A stretch of DNA of 64,000 nucleotides. Source: Centroscyllium fabricii. Its lineage: Eukaryota. Below the pieces are notes generated by a model. The model worked only from the letters and a program-made list of their open reading frames with translations. It had not been told where the DNA came from and searched no databases. The translations under genes and the position numbers were made by a program. The stretch is taken from NCBI GenBank assembly GCA_051313645.2, contig JBNRSN020000004.1, positions 111,848,001 through 111,912,000 of the forward strand, in the 5' to 3' direction. Shown in pieces: positions 13,593 to 27,162 of the stretch; position 1 is the first letter of the stretch; each line of letters starts with the position of its first letter.

Positions 13593-16080
13593 AGAGTCAT
13601 AGAGTTTTACAGCACAGAAAGAGGCCCTTTGGCCCATCGCGTCTATGCCGGCCATCGAGCCCTGTCTACTCTAATCCCACTTTCCTGCACCTGGCCCATA
13701 GCCTTGTATGCTATGGCACTTCAAGTGCTCATCCAAATGCTTCTTGAATGTTGTGAGGGTTCCTGCCTCCACCCTTTCAGGCAGTGAGTTCCAGATTCTA
13801 ACCACCCTCTGGGTGAAAAAGTTCTTCCTCAAATCCCCTCTAAACCTCCCGCCTCTTACCTTGTAACTATGTCCCCTTGTTATTGACCCCTCTACCAAGG
13901 GAAAAAGTTCCTTTCTATTTACCCTATCTATGCCCCTCATAATTTTGTACACCCCAATCAGGTCCCCCCTCAGCCTTCTCTGCTCTAAGGAAAACAACAC
14001 CAGCCTGTCCAATCTCTTCATAGCTGAAGCGCTCCAGCCCAGGTAACATCCTGGTGAATCTCCTCTGCACGCTCTCCATGGCAATCACATCCTTCCTATA
14101 GTGTGGCGACCAGAACTGCACACAGTACTCCAGCTGTGGCCTTACCAGTGTTTTGTACAGCTCCATCATAACCTCCCTGCTCTTATATTCTATGCCTCGG
14201 TTAATGAAGGCAAGTATCCCATATACCTTTTTAACCACCTTATCTACCTGTCCTGCTGCCTTCAGGGATCTATGTACATGCACACCAAGGTCCCTCTGAT
14301 CCTCTCTTTCCTAGGGTCTTACCATTCATTGTGTATTCCCTTGCCTTGTTAGTCCTTCCAAAATGCATCACCTCACACTTTTCAGGGTTAAATTCCATTT
14401 GCCACTGCTCCGCCCATCTGACCAACCCATCTATATCGTCCTGCAGACTGAGGCTTCCCTCCTCGCTATCCACCACCCCACCAATTTTCGTGTCATCAGC
14501 GAACTTACTGATCATACCCTTGACTTTCATATCCAAATCATTGATATAGACTACAAACAGCAAGGGACCCAGCACTGATCCCTGCGGTACCCCGCTGGAC
14601 ACAGGCTTCCAGTCACAAAAACAACCTTCGACCATCACCCTCTGCCCTCTGCCACTAAGCCAGTTTTGGATCCACTATGCCAAGGTGCCCTGGATCCCAT
14701 GGGCTCTTACCTTCTTGACCAGTCTCCTATGCGGGACTTTATCAAAAGCCTTACTGAAATCCAAGTATACCACATCCACTGCACTACCCTTGTCCACATG
14801 CCTAGTCACCCCCTCGAAAAATGCAATCAAGTTGGTCAGACATGATCTTCCCTTGACAAAGCTATGCTGACTACCCTTGATTAATCCTTGCCCCTCCAAG
14901 TGAATACTAATTCTATCTCTCAGAATTTTTTCCAATAATTTCCCTACCACTGATGTTAGGCTCACTGGCCTGTAATTCCCTGGTTTATCTTTACTACCCT
15001 TCTTGAAAAATGGTACCATGTTAGCTGTTCTCCAGTCCTCTGGCACATCCCCTGGGGCCAGAGAGGTTCTGAAAATTAGTGTCAGAGCCCCTGCAATCTC
15101 CTCCTTTGCCTTGCACAGCAGCCTGGGATACATCTCGTCCGGGCCTGGTGATTTATCCACCTTTAAGCCTGCTAAAGCCGGTAGTACCTCCTCCCTCTCG
15201 ATGGTAATATGTTCAAGTATGTCGCAGTCCCCCTGCCTGATTTCTAAGCCTACGTCGTCCTTCTACGTAGTGAACACAGATGTAAAAAATTCATTTAAAA
15301 CCCCACCTACTTCTTCTGGCTCTACACACAGATTGCCACTTTGGTCCCGAATGGGTCCTACTCTTTCCCTCATTATCCTCTTGCCCTTAATATACTTATA
15401 AAACATCTTAGGATTATCCTTTATTTTGCTCGCCAGTGTTATTTCATGGCCCCCCCTCGCTCTCCTAATTTCTTTTTTAAGTACCCCCCTGCACTTTTTA
15501 TACTCCTCTAGGGCTTCCTCTGTCCTTAGCTCTTTGTATCTGCCAAAAGCCTCCCTTTTTTTCCCAATCCATTCTCGTATATCCCTTGACATCCAAGGTT
15601 CCCTAGGCTTTTTGGTCCCTCCCTTGACCTTTACGGGAACATGCTTCCCTAGTACTCTCTCCATTACCTTTCTGAAAGTCTCCCACTGCTCTGATGTGGA
15701 TTTTCCTTCAAGTAGCTGATCCCAGTCCACTTTGGCCAGATCCTGCCTTATCATATTAAAATCGGCCTTCCCCCAATTTAGAACCTTTATTTCCGGTCCG
15801 TCTTTTTCCTTTTCCATGACTACCTTAAATCGCACCGAATTATGGTCACTATCACCAAAGTGCTCTCCTACTAACACTTCTACCACTTGCCCGGCCACAT
15901 TCCCTAGAATTAGGTCCAGCACTGCCCCCTCTACTTGTAGGACCCTCTACATACTGGCTCAAAAAGCTCTCCTGGATGCACTTTAAGAATTCTGCACCCT
16001 CCAAGCCTTTCACACTCTGACTATCCCAGTCAATATTGGGGAAGTTGAAATCCCCTAATATTATTACCCTATTATTTCCA
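13593..16080 (-). mobile_element. CR1 LINE, 5'-truncated, with frameshifted ORF2 (end of APE endonuclease plus RT)
   Basis: GDFNFPNIDW, LDLILGN, SDHNS, YRPVSLTS, DFSKAFDKV, GVPQGSVLGP, FADD; tail AGAGTCATAGAG. Confidence 0.97.
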
Positions 16081-16149
16081 CACTTTTCTGAGAGTGTTCC
16101 CATGAACTCTCTCGGTGTTCCCATGAACTCTATTAGGAGGTAAGGAACT

Positions 16150-16640
16150 TTGGCATCCTGCATGACCCCAAGCTCCGCTACCTTCTCCACAGCCAAAGCC
16201 ACTTTATTCTACCTCTAGAAAATTGCTTGCCTCCACCCCACCTCTCCCCTTCCACTGCTGAAACAATAGTTCATGCCTTCATCATCTCAAGGCTCGACAT
16301 CTCCAACACTCAGCTGACTGGCCTCCCTGCTGCAACTCTCCTGGAGCTTCAACTCATCCAAAATGACACAGCCTATGTCCACACCTGTATTAACTTTCAG
16401 TCTCATCACTCTGTCCTTGCCAAGCTCCTCTGGCTCCCAGTACCCCAACCTGTCAATTTCAAAATTCATGTCCTTGTTTTCAAATCTCACTATGGCATAA
16501 CTCCACCCTGCCTAGTGATCTTCTGCTTTGCACCCTCTGCTCCTCTAACACCAGATTTCTCCTCACCCCACACTCCACCACTGACACTGACTACAGTCCT
16601 GTCCCCTGGAATTCTATAGCTTTTCCCTCCATATCGCCAC
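16150..16640 (+). mobile_element. Old L2 LINE ORF2 C-terminal fragment
   Basis: AETIVHAFIISRLD.SN..L.GLP...LQLIQN...LLWLPV...FKI is a typical L2 signature. Confidence 0.85.
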
Positions 16641-18334
16641 CTACCTCCAGCTGAGATCAACTATCTAAAGACAGGCCAGGGATTAGAGTAGGAACAATTA
16701 ATTGCCCATAGTGCCCACCTTTCCTTTAAAAACCTTAATTGTAAAACATTAGGTGGCCATTCAAAACCTATGATCTAACGGTGCGTTGCTCTCTGTAGAT
16801 CAAGTTAATACATGCCTCAACTTTGTCATTGCTTTACCTTTTCAAATGCTAGTTTGAGGAAAATCATATATAACGCCACCTCTCTGTGACCCTCTAGTAT
16901 TGAATTTGCACAACAGTAATTCCACTAATTAGATGATACGGAGTTGTTGCTTATTCTGTCTAAATATGTTCATGTGCAATCATTTGTTTTTCTTTGGTCG
17001 TACTAAGTATATTTAAAAAAAGAGTTATGACCCATGGTTGAAAAATATGAATGTTGCAAAATTATGTATTTTAAGTTAATTGTTTAAATTCAGTTAGTGT
17101 CCACATTACTAAATAGATATGAATCATGTGTGAACTTTGGAATTAAACACATAATGCAAGTGTAAGTTGACAACTGAATGTTTCCAGGAGTATATTGGTT
17201 ACAGTCCAAATGTAATGAGACTTTCCAGAATGTTAGGGGTTAAGGTTTGCATTTGGCTGAAGCCCATACTGCAAGCTGGATGTTCTGTTAGATCAGGCCT
17301 GAGGCATGTCATGTTTATGTGTAATTATTTCCTGTCTCCACTAAATGGTGTTTTGTCTCTTTGTAAATACCTAGTTTTCTGTCTGTCAGGTGTAATGACA
17401 CCCTCTCTATTTCTTGCCTATATAGGTTAAGGTGGTCAAAGAGTGACAATTTTCCCCAAATGTTTTACTTTTTTTTGGCGATTAAACATATCCTAATTTA
17501 TGTCCCGAAAGTAGCCCTCTAAGGCACTGAAGATTATCAATTGCACTAACACAGGGGATATTTGCATCTTATGAAATGCCATGGCTATAGAGTATATTCC
17601 TTGGTACTGCTTTATTCTACCTGTTTAAATAAATGTATGTGCAAAGATCTTATTTTAAAGCAGAAATAAATAATTGTCGAGGTTTCCAAAAACTTCAGTG
17701 AATAGTGAATTAATATCACAAATAGAATATTGAACATATGTCCAACATTATCCCATGTGTGACCTAACATATACAACTTACTTATGACTTTATTGATCAT
17801 GGGTCATAAGGTCTGGCCACTTATGCAATATTTTTCATATATTGTGAATGCATTCATTTATGCTACATGTGTGATTCTGGATTCCAGTACAGTTTCTATG
17901 GTGATAGTAAGTTATCCAAATCTACAGATAGACATAAAAAATAGAGGCAACTTCCCAAAAAATTCTCCTTTTAACAGGCGGGAGGTAGGGATGGAAATTT
18001 ACACTTGATGGATTTTACTATCCATCTGTTTGTGGAACAGACAAGAGCCATCCCATATCATTCTTATATATATATATACACCCTGTAGTAATCAACCTTG
18101 TTCCAGCACGCTTTGGAATCCAATAAAGGAAGAGTTCTTATCAGTGATCGTTCTTACTGAGGTTTGAGCTGCTTTGTTGACGATAATAACACTGATTCAA
18201 GGAATGTAGAAAAAGTTTGTAGTAAATTTGCTCAACGAGGTTCAGGTATATGAATGAAATCAAGCTCCAAGTCATGACAATTCATTTTGTTATTTATTTA
18301 AAACATCAAAACAAAGTTTTGAATACGGTAACTT

Positions 18335-18515
18335 CAAAAAATCTGCAGATGCTGGAAACCCCAAACAAATACAGAAATTGTTCAACAGGCCAGTCAGCAT
18401 CTATGGAGAGAACAGATGAGTTAGATGAAGAGTCTACACCTGAAATGTTAACTCATCAGTTCTCACCATAGATGCTGACTGATCTGCTCAATATTTCCAG
18501 CATTTTCTATTTTGG
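18335..18515. mobile_element. Fold-back Penelope-derived terminal-repeat fragment with broken hammerhead core
   Basis: Arms 18392-18423 and 18449-18480 are complementary at 30/32; sequence matches the Penelope tails at 51280 and 59100. Confidence 0.75.
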
Positions 18516-19559
18516 GGAATGCTACTAATTTTATGCTGTCTAATTATCCTTTAAATGCACTTATTTGTACTTAACTTTTCACAAGCTCACAAAGTATTGG
18601 AGTATATTAGAGGGGATTCTTGCTTCACAACACTTTGTCTCCTCCAGCATTACAGAACATCATATATTATACATATAACTAAAAGAGGCATTCAGGATGA
18701 CTTTGTACCATATGGTCTCTCTCTGGTTCATTCATCTGTCTACCAGTGTGAGTCCAAGGAATTGCAGGTTTGCTGCAAACATGTTGTGATGGTCAAAAGA
18801 ACTTGGAAAAATTATGCTCCATAACTCAATTTACAATATTAACACATTTGCCTGATGCTAACAGTCAAATGTTGGTTTCTCGTGGGTCTAATTTGAGGTT
18901 TTGACTCCTATTTCACATTTAACATGGGTAAATAAATGTAATACGAAATGAGCTGAAAATGTAACTACGGGGTACAAGTTAAATAGTTGTAAGTTTGAAT
19001 ACCAGCTCCAACTTAAACATGCCTGCCCTCACTGGATGAATTTTGCCAGTTTTAACAAGATGTATTAGCGTTTGGCAGCAAAGTGTCCCATCTTAGGATG
19101 GGAGGGGAGGGATTTGGGCAGGATTGGCTCACAGAGAAAAAAAAATCAACATTTGTCACCTAATCACAGATTATTGATAAGTCATTGAGAGAAGTTCACG
19201 GTCCAAACCATAATTTCTTGCCCACTTAAAGAAGAAGCACAGTAAGTAGCGAGAGGACAGTGACAGAGTACAGGTAAATAGTTAAAAAGCCCGCAAAAAA
19301 TGTTGCAAATGTGACTTTTTTTTCAAAATGTGCATTTTAAACTCACACACCTGCACATATGCATAATGCTAAATGGTCGCAAATATAAACATGTGTATAC
19401 CTTTTTATGTATGCGTATCTTGCATCTTCATGCATATTAGCGTTCATTATGCGTATGTTTAGGTCTATGTCCGTGTGCAGGTGCAAGTGTGTGTGTGTGT
19501 AAACCATCCATCTGGCTGTCTCCCGCGGAACAAACGCTATCATGTCTTATGCATGAAAT

Positions 19560-20100
19560 AATTTTCAGTTCTGTTGGCTCTTGACTATAGCTGCTATATG
19601 TTGTTTCTGCTCCGGTCAAGACTGTCTTCTGGTGTGCCCCCCCCACCGCTGATTTTTACTTCCAAACACTCTCGCTCGCTGACAGTGCCGATGGCATGCA
19701 GTGACGAGTTAAAAAAGCTCCTCCTGTTTGTTGTTGACTCGCTCCCCCCTCCCTCTCTCTCTCTCTCTCTCTTCCTTTCCAGCCCTGAGGCTGAGCCAGT
19801 GCTATAATTATTTGATCATGTGGTATTATTATCTGTAATAAATGCAGAGCCGTCTTACAGTAATCAAGCTGATTAAAAATTCTTGCGCGCCAGCCGGAAA
19901 TTGTCCTCCCTCCTCTCTCTCCCTTTTTTTGATTATTTTTTCTTGAACAAATTGCTCTGACAGTTTACAAGGAGTGATGCAATCGAAAGGCAGCCCAAAA
20001 CAGGCAGAGCCCGGCTGGACTGGCGGTGCCTAAAAAACGGGGATGTTTTGGAAGGGTTATTTTCTCAGCACTGAGAGGAGAAAGGGAAGAGGAGAGGAGA
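19560..20100 (+). promoter_or_regulatory. SATB1: SATB1 proximal promoter region
   Basis: CpG-enriched and transposon-free, with a (CT)n tract at about 19750 and an ETS-like CCGGAAAT near 19894; directly upstream of putative exon 1. Confidence 0.65.
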
Positions 20101-20561
20101 GGAGTGATGAGTCTCAAAGCAACTAATAATTTAATGTGAAGCCGCTCGGCTCCGTCCTGCCTGAAGAGGAGAGAGAGAGAGAGAGAGAGACAGCCGGGTG
20201 ACACCGCCACCAAACACCACAGCTCTCACTGGACTTTCAAACAACAACAAAAAGTCAATGACTTTTTGGGGTTGAAAACAGTATATATCACGTTTGTGTC
20301 ACAAGTTCCTCCTTTTAAAAATCTTAATATTAGCAGTCTCCCCCCCCCCCTCCTCAACTAGAACACTTTCCCCCTTTCTCCACCCCCTAAGTCAAAAGAA
20401 GATTTTAAAAAAAAATTATCGCAAAAAAATTAACATCTTGGAGCAATAACTGTCCAGAAACCAACCGGTCCGCCTGTTAGTTTTCACGAAGAGTCCGGTG
20501 AAGAGTTGCTATTTTTCTTATGCCTTGGAAGTTTGGCTTTTAGCCCCGCGCGGAGAAGTGG
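20030..20561 (+). other. SATB1: Putative non-coding exon 1 (5' UTR) of SATB1; start approximate
   Basis: Consensus donor G|GTGAGT at 20561/20562; next acceptor at 21405/21406; contains (GA)n and short uORFs. Confidence 0.6.
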
Positions 20562-21431
20562 GTGAGTTGGTTGCGATCGGAATTGTATTTCTTGCAGTGT
20601 TTTCAAAAAAAGATGCCACACGATAACGACAGCGTTTTTTTCTTGTGTGTGTACCCCTTTGGTTAGTTTGTTTCTTTGTCTTTTTTTTCTAAATAAATGT
20701 AAACGTGAAATCCTGGAGTGGAATTTCTAAAATGCACGGAACTGGTAGCACAGAAAAAGTTGTGAAGCAGGCTGAGGATGAGACCGTGGGGTTACTGGCT
20801 TGAGAAATACTGGGCTGCAGGTTACCAATGCGATGCGGGGATGAGAACGTCTCCTTTAGAACTGATCTTGTGTCACAGTAGTCAACGAAAAGTGGAATTT
20901 GCTCTAGTTCATGAAAAACGTACAGAAATAGAGATCCTAATGTGTTGCAATGGGTATTTTATCATCTTATAATTATTATCATCTTGTACCAAGTCAAAAT
21001 TGGAACACTTCGAGATGTGACCATTCATTTTGTGATGTATACTGGCCTGAAGTCTGAACTCTGAACCTAAAATTTGGGAAGTGAATTCTGGTTTTACAGA
21101 ATATTCTGTCATTTGAGGATGTGTGTAGCCTAAAATGACAACATTCTCACTATCATAGTCTTAATTTCAGATAATGAAGTTGTCCTTGCATTTTGACATC
21201 CATGGAGACAGTTCTGAGGGAATTGCACTTTGTGTCTTTTTGAACAGCTACATGGATATATTGTGCTATAAAGGTTTGAAGACCTTAATTCTTAAACAAA
21301 AAAGGCTGGTGATAGAAAATCTGGACATGCCACACTAATCCTCTATATTTGTTGTTGAGTCTGACCTCAGTAATATCTTGAAGTGGTTTTCTTTAAACTT
21401 GGTAGGTGATCTCTGAGAGTTGGTGGTGAGC

Positions 21432-21642
21432 ATGGAAAAACCCAGTGAAACAGTGCAAGTGAAGGAGAATTCAGAAAAAAACAACAATCTCATTGATCCT
21501 AAGGGTCCCCCGGCTAAGATCCCCCGCTTGGAGCAGAATGGGAGTCTCTCCACCCGCAGCAGACTGGGTAGCATGGGTGCCAAAGTGACTGGAAGCTCAC
21601 TCAAACACACGGGCCAGCTGGTGAAAATCGGTAATAAAAAAG
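21432..21642 (+). CDS. SATB1: SATB1 first coding exon (exon 21406-21642, ATG at 21432); NLS region
   Basis: MEKPSETVQVKE...DPKGPPAKIPRLEQNGS...RSRLGS matches the vertebrate SATB1 N-terminus; TAG|GTGATC acceptor, AAG|GTACC donor; 211 coding nt. Confidence 0.95.
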
Positions 21643-23060
21643 GTACCAGTGTGTGCAACCTGCTTTCACTAGTATAGAAATATAGAAATAAAAACAGAAA
21701 TATAGGTGGGTAAAGATTCCCGTGGTAATGCAAAGTTAACTGCAAAGCAAATTTCCTTCAGAGCAGTTTAAATGTATGCAGTCCTTTTACAAGCCAGGAT
21801 ATTTATGAAAATAAAATAGTTTGAAGGCAGCAGAATTCATTGTTCAAGCTGCCATAACATTTATCGTACAATCATTTATTTTTCCTCTATTTGCAGACAA
21901 CAAGGAATGTATTATTTATGAAATGAATGGACACAGCAGTCTGTATTGTTAGATCTTTATCTATTAGAACTGGAAAAAGGCACTTCAGCAAATTCCTTGG
22001 CCTCTGCTTAAGATTACCCTATTTATTGATTGTTAGCCAAGTGCATATATGTATAAAGGAAGCCAGGTTAAAAGCACCAAAATTATAATTTATTACAGTT
22101 TTCAAACAGAGTATTAACATTTACCATCAAGAACTGGAGCAGAATCAAACAGTCTTATGATCCCTGCAAAGTTATAAGTGCCATAAATTCCTGAATAGAA
22201 GATTTCAGCTGTCTCTGGCATTATGTGATATTTGCAGACTGTGATGCCAGTACAGTTTTAGACAAGGATTCTATACACTTGATTACTTCTTACAGCAGAT
22301 GTGTTGTTTACATAGACTCATAAACCTAATGCGAAAGCTTCATGCTGTCTTTCACATTTACATCATTGAGTATTTTTAGAACTGATCGGTGACCATCACT
22401 TACTGCTTTAATACTAGAAGGTTATAAAGTTGCTGGCCCTGGAAATTCAGCCAAGTATTAGTAATAGGGAGCAGCCAGTGAAGTAAAAGATCATGAAAGA
22501 TTATCCACTTTAATGGAAGGAAGCTGATGACAGTTTGGAAAAAAAGATGGTAGGGAATTGATGATGTCATATTTAGTCAGTATCCAAAGTGATATACAGG
22601 TACAAACAGTTTATAGAACTACCAGACATATAACATTGGGAGAGAAAAGTGGGGCTATCTCATATATCTTTCTCTAATGCAATAATGAAGAATAATATAA
22701 CACTGCAAAGACAGAACATAATTTTGTGTAATGCATGATTTTGCACAGATATGAATTACTCCCCTATTAAAAATTGTAGTTACTAACCATTCAGTAAAGT
22801 TAAACAGGTGACCAAACCCATTAGAGAACTAAAGGGACTTTTACATTTTACTTCATAAAATGTGTCTTTTGGGTGCTTGAGAAACCCAGTCTCCTCAGAT
22901 GCTCATACATGTGATCCATATGTATGTTTGGGTTAATAGTCAAATTTGTCGTGATTTACAGTATACAATTAAGTACTAATAAATCTTGTTAGAATGGCAG
23001 TTGCACCTCCTATGTAATATACAGTAATAAAATATGTAAGCTATTTCTTATTGTTTGTAG

Positions 23061-23237
23061 GAAATATGCTCCCTGTTTTCTGTGTGGTGGAACATTTTGA
23101 AAGTCCCATTGAGTATGAAAGTAAGGAAGAACATGCCGAGTTTGTTCTGGTACGGAAGGACATGCTGTTTAACCAACTAGTGGAGATGGCACTGCTTTCC
23201 CTTGGATATTCCCATAGTTCTGCTGCGCAGGCTAAAG
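23061..23237 (+). CDS. SATB1: SATB1 exon 3, ubiquitin-like domain (ULD)
   Basis: [10 protein letters not shown]...[38 protein letters not shown]; 177 nt, AG/GT flanks, phase 1-1. Confidence 0.98.
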
Positions 23238-24372
23238 GTACATCATTTCATATTTACATGCTGATCTAGAATAAAGCTGTATTTCATTTTTGCCCAATTA
23301 TAAAGATTTTGTTCAATAACACTGTTTTCAAAAAATGTTAAAAGTGTTTACAGGTGATGTTATTAACATGTGCAATAATGAAAAATCTGTTTCATAACCC
23401 AACAGAGGAAAAATACAAAAATGTAGAAGTCCGTGCCAAAAATTCAGGAACACCCTGTAGCTACCTGTGATTGTAATGAGGGTTCTTAGCATAGTGATAG
23501 CAATTTTAAGCTAGAAAATAGTGAAAACTACAACATTTCCTATGTGCCGTACATATCTCAAAATCAGTTTGGCAATCAAATTAGAGGACGTCGTTTCTTT
23601 AACAAGTTGATACTGCAGTAGAAAACAAATGGAATTTGTTATACAGAAATCCAGAATTTAAAGGATTCATTTTACGTAGAGATAAATGCCCTTTTTGATT
23701 TTGACATGAAAGTGTTGCTTTAACAAGAGTGTTTATTTTGTTTGTATAAGTCTTATTGTACTGCACATTAATGGGACTATTTTGTCCACATAAAATATTA
23801 TTAAAAATCCTATATGCAAAATGTTGAATTTTGAGTTGTAGATTGTACCATGCTTTTTCTGGGAGGAGAAACATTTTGTATTTGAGTTATCTTTTAATCA
23901 TCCAAACAGCAAAAAAAAGATGATTTCAAACACTTTCTCAATAATTAGTGTTTAATATCAGCAATTTGTGGTTCTAACAGAGGAAATTATGATATTGAAA
24001 TATATAATAAAACATTTTAAATACTTTTGCATTAGCCTTTTTTTTCTCATTTAGGTTTCCTCCGAATCTTTTTAATTCTAGAACACCAAAAGAGGTTACG
24101 CTACTAGTAATGGCAGTTGTTAAGTATGTTTGAGCCAGTTAATGGGAGGGAATATGGAGAGTAATAGCTCATTTATATCAATTGATTATGGTAAATTTGG
24201 GCTTTTTTGATATTTTTCTACACACAAAAATGATGGAGGAAATCTCAAATAATTTTAAATCAGAGCAAAATAACTTAAGAAATGTATTTTATTGCCTGTT
24301 TAAAAGTATTAGCATCTTATAGGTGAATTAACAGCTGAGGTTTCTCACTCTACCTAATGCTGCCTGTCACAG

Positions 24373-24499
24373 GCCTGATCCAGGTTGGAAAGTGGAATCC
24401 AGTCCCTCTCTCATATGTGACAGATGCACCGGATGCCACAGTAGCAGACATGCTGCAGGATGTGTATCATGTGGTCACACTGAAAATTCAGTTACACAG
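24373..24499 (+). CDS. SATB1: SATB1 exon 4, ULD C-terminal half
   Basis: [42 protein letters not shown]; 127 nt, CAG/GT flanks. Confidence 0.98.
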
Positions 24500-24873
24500 G
24501 TTAGTCACAACATGCAAGTCCCTGGGCCTTGACGATTGCATGGCATCATTATTATTTCATCTCTGTCTTTAACTTCCACATCTCTAAATGCCTGAATTAT
24601 TTTACCAAACGCATTGGAGCAAGAAGGTAGAAGTAACAAGAAATAATAGTCGCCACATGCAGCTGATGTATAATTCATGCATCAATACAGCAGATGTGTT
24701 GTATAAAGTAATTAACTAATCAGAACAATCAGGAGACTGAGAGCAATCTCTAGATGCATCTGCTTGATGTGCCAAATGAAATCTGTCTATCTTGAAGGAA
24801 TGTTGCACCAGGAACTAGTCCTGAAATGTCCTGCTTTTTTCCCCTCCTTTATATGATGTATTCTATCATGCAG

Positions 24874-24997
24874 TTGCCCAAAACTGGAAGACTTGCCACC
24901 TGAACAGTGGACACACACAACCGTCAGAAATGCTCTGAAGGAACTGCTGAAAGAAATGAACCAGAGTACACTGGCAAAAGAATGCCCCCTCTCCCAG
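24874..24997 (+). CDS. SATB1: SATB1 exon 5, CUT-like (CUTL) domain; absent from the ORF track
   Basis: Manual translation [41 protein letters not shown]; 124 nt, CAG/GT flanks, in phase with exon 4. Confidence 0.97.
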
Positions 24998-25849
24998 GTA
25001 TTTATAGGGCTTTACTAAAGTAGTTTAGAAAGAGTAATAATGAATAAAACCTGAACTACAGAAAACTTATTTAAATCTTTTCAGGACTGCAGCACCACTT
25101 TTGCACCAAAATCAAAAATATATGATTAGATTTTTTCCCCCCAAAATCTTACAAGTGGTCTGAGGTTTTCCATTTCTCCAATTCTCATTTATAACAGTCA
25201 CCATTGCAAGTTTGTAGAAGACCATCTGTAATATTCATGATTGGAAACTTATATTTTTCCTATTGTACATTGTAAGGAATTTCCTTATCATCTACTACAG
25301 GCTCACTCCTGGTCAACCAGCAATAATGATGTCCCAAATTAGAGTAACATTCACTACAAGTGTAATTTGGTACTGGATTACTCCAGAAAGTAACTAGAAA
25401 CCTGGAAATGTTCTATCTTATTTGAAAAATTCCATGCAATGTACATTTTGTATCAAATACCAGATACTAGGAAGCGAGTTAAGAAGCGAGTTAAACACTA
25501 TCATGTAATCTTGGGGGTTCAACTAACATCTATAATTGATTTGATGTCTGCTTTTAACACTTCAATTAAGTTATCACCGTGTGCTCACTCTTAGTTATTC
25601 ATTAACTTAAATGTATTCAAAACTGACTGGTATTGTCAAAGTCTTTCATTGCTCGAAGGGTTAATACTGGATACACTTGTTTTTCATTGCAATGGAATGA
25701 TATGTTCTGTTGAAAGATGCCATTTGATGTTACAGTAGCAAAATTCTTGACAGTGGTGTGCTTCTGTTTCCAGGGAGTGACAGATAAGGTCAAGGTTGTC
25801 ATGCAAATTAAATGATTTTAAAAGACTTGAATAGTTCTGGATCCACACC

Positions 25850-26161
25850 CATAGAATCCCTACAGTGCAGATAGATGCCATTTCGGCCCGTCGAGCCTGC
25901 ACTGACACATATCCCACCCTATCCCCGTAACCCCCACATATTTAATCCCCTAACACTAGGGGTCAATTTATCATGGCCAATCAACCTAACCCGCACATCT
26001 TTGGACTGTGGGAGGAAACCGGAGCACCCGGAGGAAACCCACGCAGACACGAGGAGAATGTGCAAACTCCACTCAGATTACAGTCACCCGAGGCCAGATT
26101 TGAACCCGGGCCCCTAGCGCTGTGAGGCAACAGTGCTAACCACTATGCCACCGTGTCGCCC
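25850..26161 (-). mobile_element. V-SINE (HE1-like), full length
   Basis: Reverse complement of the copy at 57519; tRNA head, V domain, tail CTGCACTGTAGGGATTCTATG. Confidence 0.93.
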
Positions 26162-27162
26162 ATGTTGATTATATAAAGCTTAGAATCCTTACCAGACATT
26201 ATGCTTGGAAAACATCTGCCACTGAAAGAAGAATTTAGCACATTTATTTTGTAACTTAGCTTTTTACTTATGTACAACACAGTTTACTATCATTTCCACA
26301 ATACAGTTTAGTTTACAAAATCTGCCAATCAATCATTAAGCCAAAAGAAGAAATTTCAATAGTTAAATAAAGTAAAACTTCAAGCATTTCGAATCCAGCA
26401 CATATACTGTGTAGGGTGTACTCGAACGATGATATGTAGGATAGGAATTGGTATGCAGAGCACACATTTTTCGTGTGTAAAACAGGTGCAAAGTATACCA
26501 ATTTAACAGTGAGGCGACCTGTGCTCAATCTACGCATGCTTTGATCTCACTGCTAAATTTATGGGGCCTGTGAAAGCGAGACTATCAACAGCAGTTCTTA
26601 CCCAGTATGCTGATGAGGCCCGAGGATTCATTTCTATCGAACATTAGGCCTCTTGGTTTGGCTGCACCGAGCCTGAGCATGAAAATAGGCACAGACCAAA
26701 ATCAACCCCTTTTTAAAATGGTTCTAAAATTTAAATATGTACATTCTGAAAGGATATTGCAAGGAGCAGCAGTTATGTGAATATTAAAATGATTAAGTCT
26801 TGTTTATATGGACGTTTCAGTAAGTTTTAAATTGAAATATTGGTGAACTGTTTATGAATTAGTAGCTGTAGCCAGGCAAGACCAGATATTAACACACTTG
26901 TTAAAAGAATGTTCAAATGATCTTAATTAATATATCAATTATGCTTAATTAGCTTTTATATTGGTGTGGGTGGTGTACTTGCGCCACCAGTTCCTGAAGT
27001 GCAGGTCTCACGTTGCCAATGGCAAGCCTAAAGTATGGGTACCACATTCCAAGGATAAAAATCTCAGTGAATCAGCAGGTTTACATTGGAGTTGCCACCA
27101 GTTGCATAGGACCACTGCTTCAGGAGCTGGTGGCACAAACACCACACTAACCCCAATATAAA

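Noticed and set aside
16094-16131. 17-bp direct repeat GTGTTCCCATGAACTCT at the CR1 5' junction
   Set aside because: Small local duplication at a truncation point, not a TSD of a separate element
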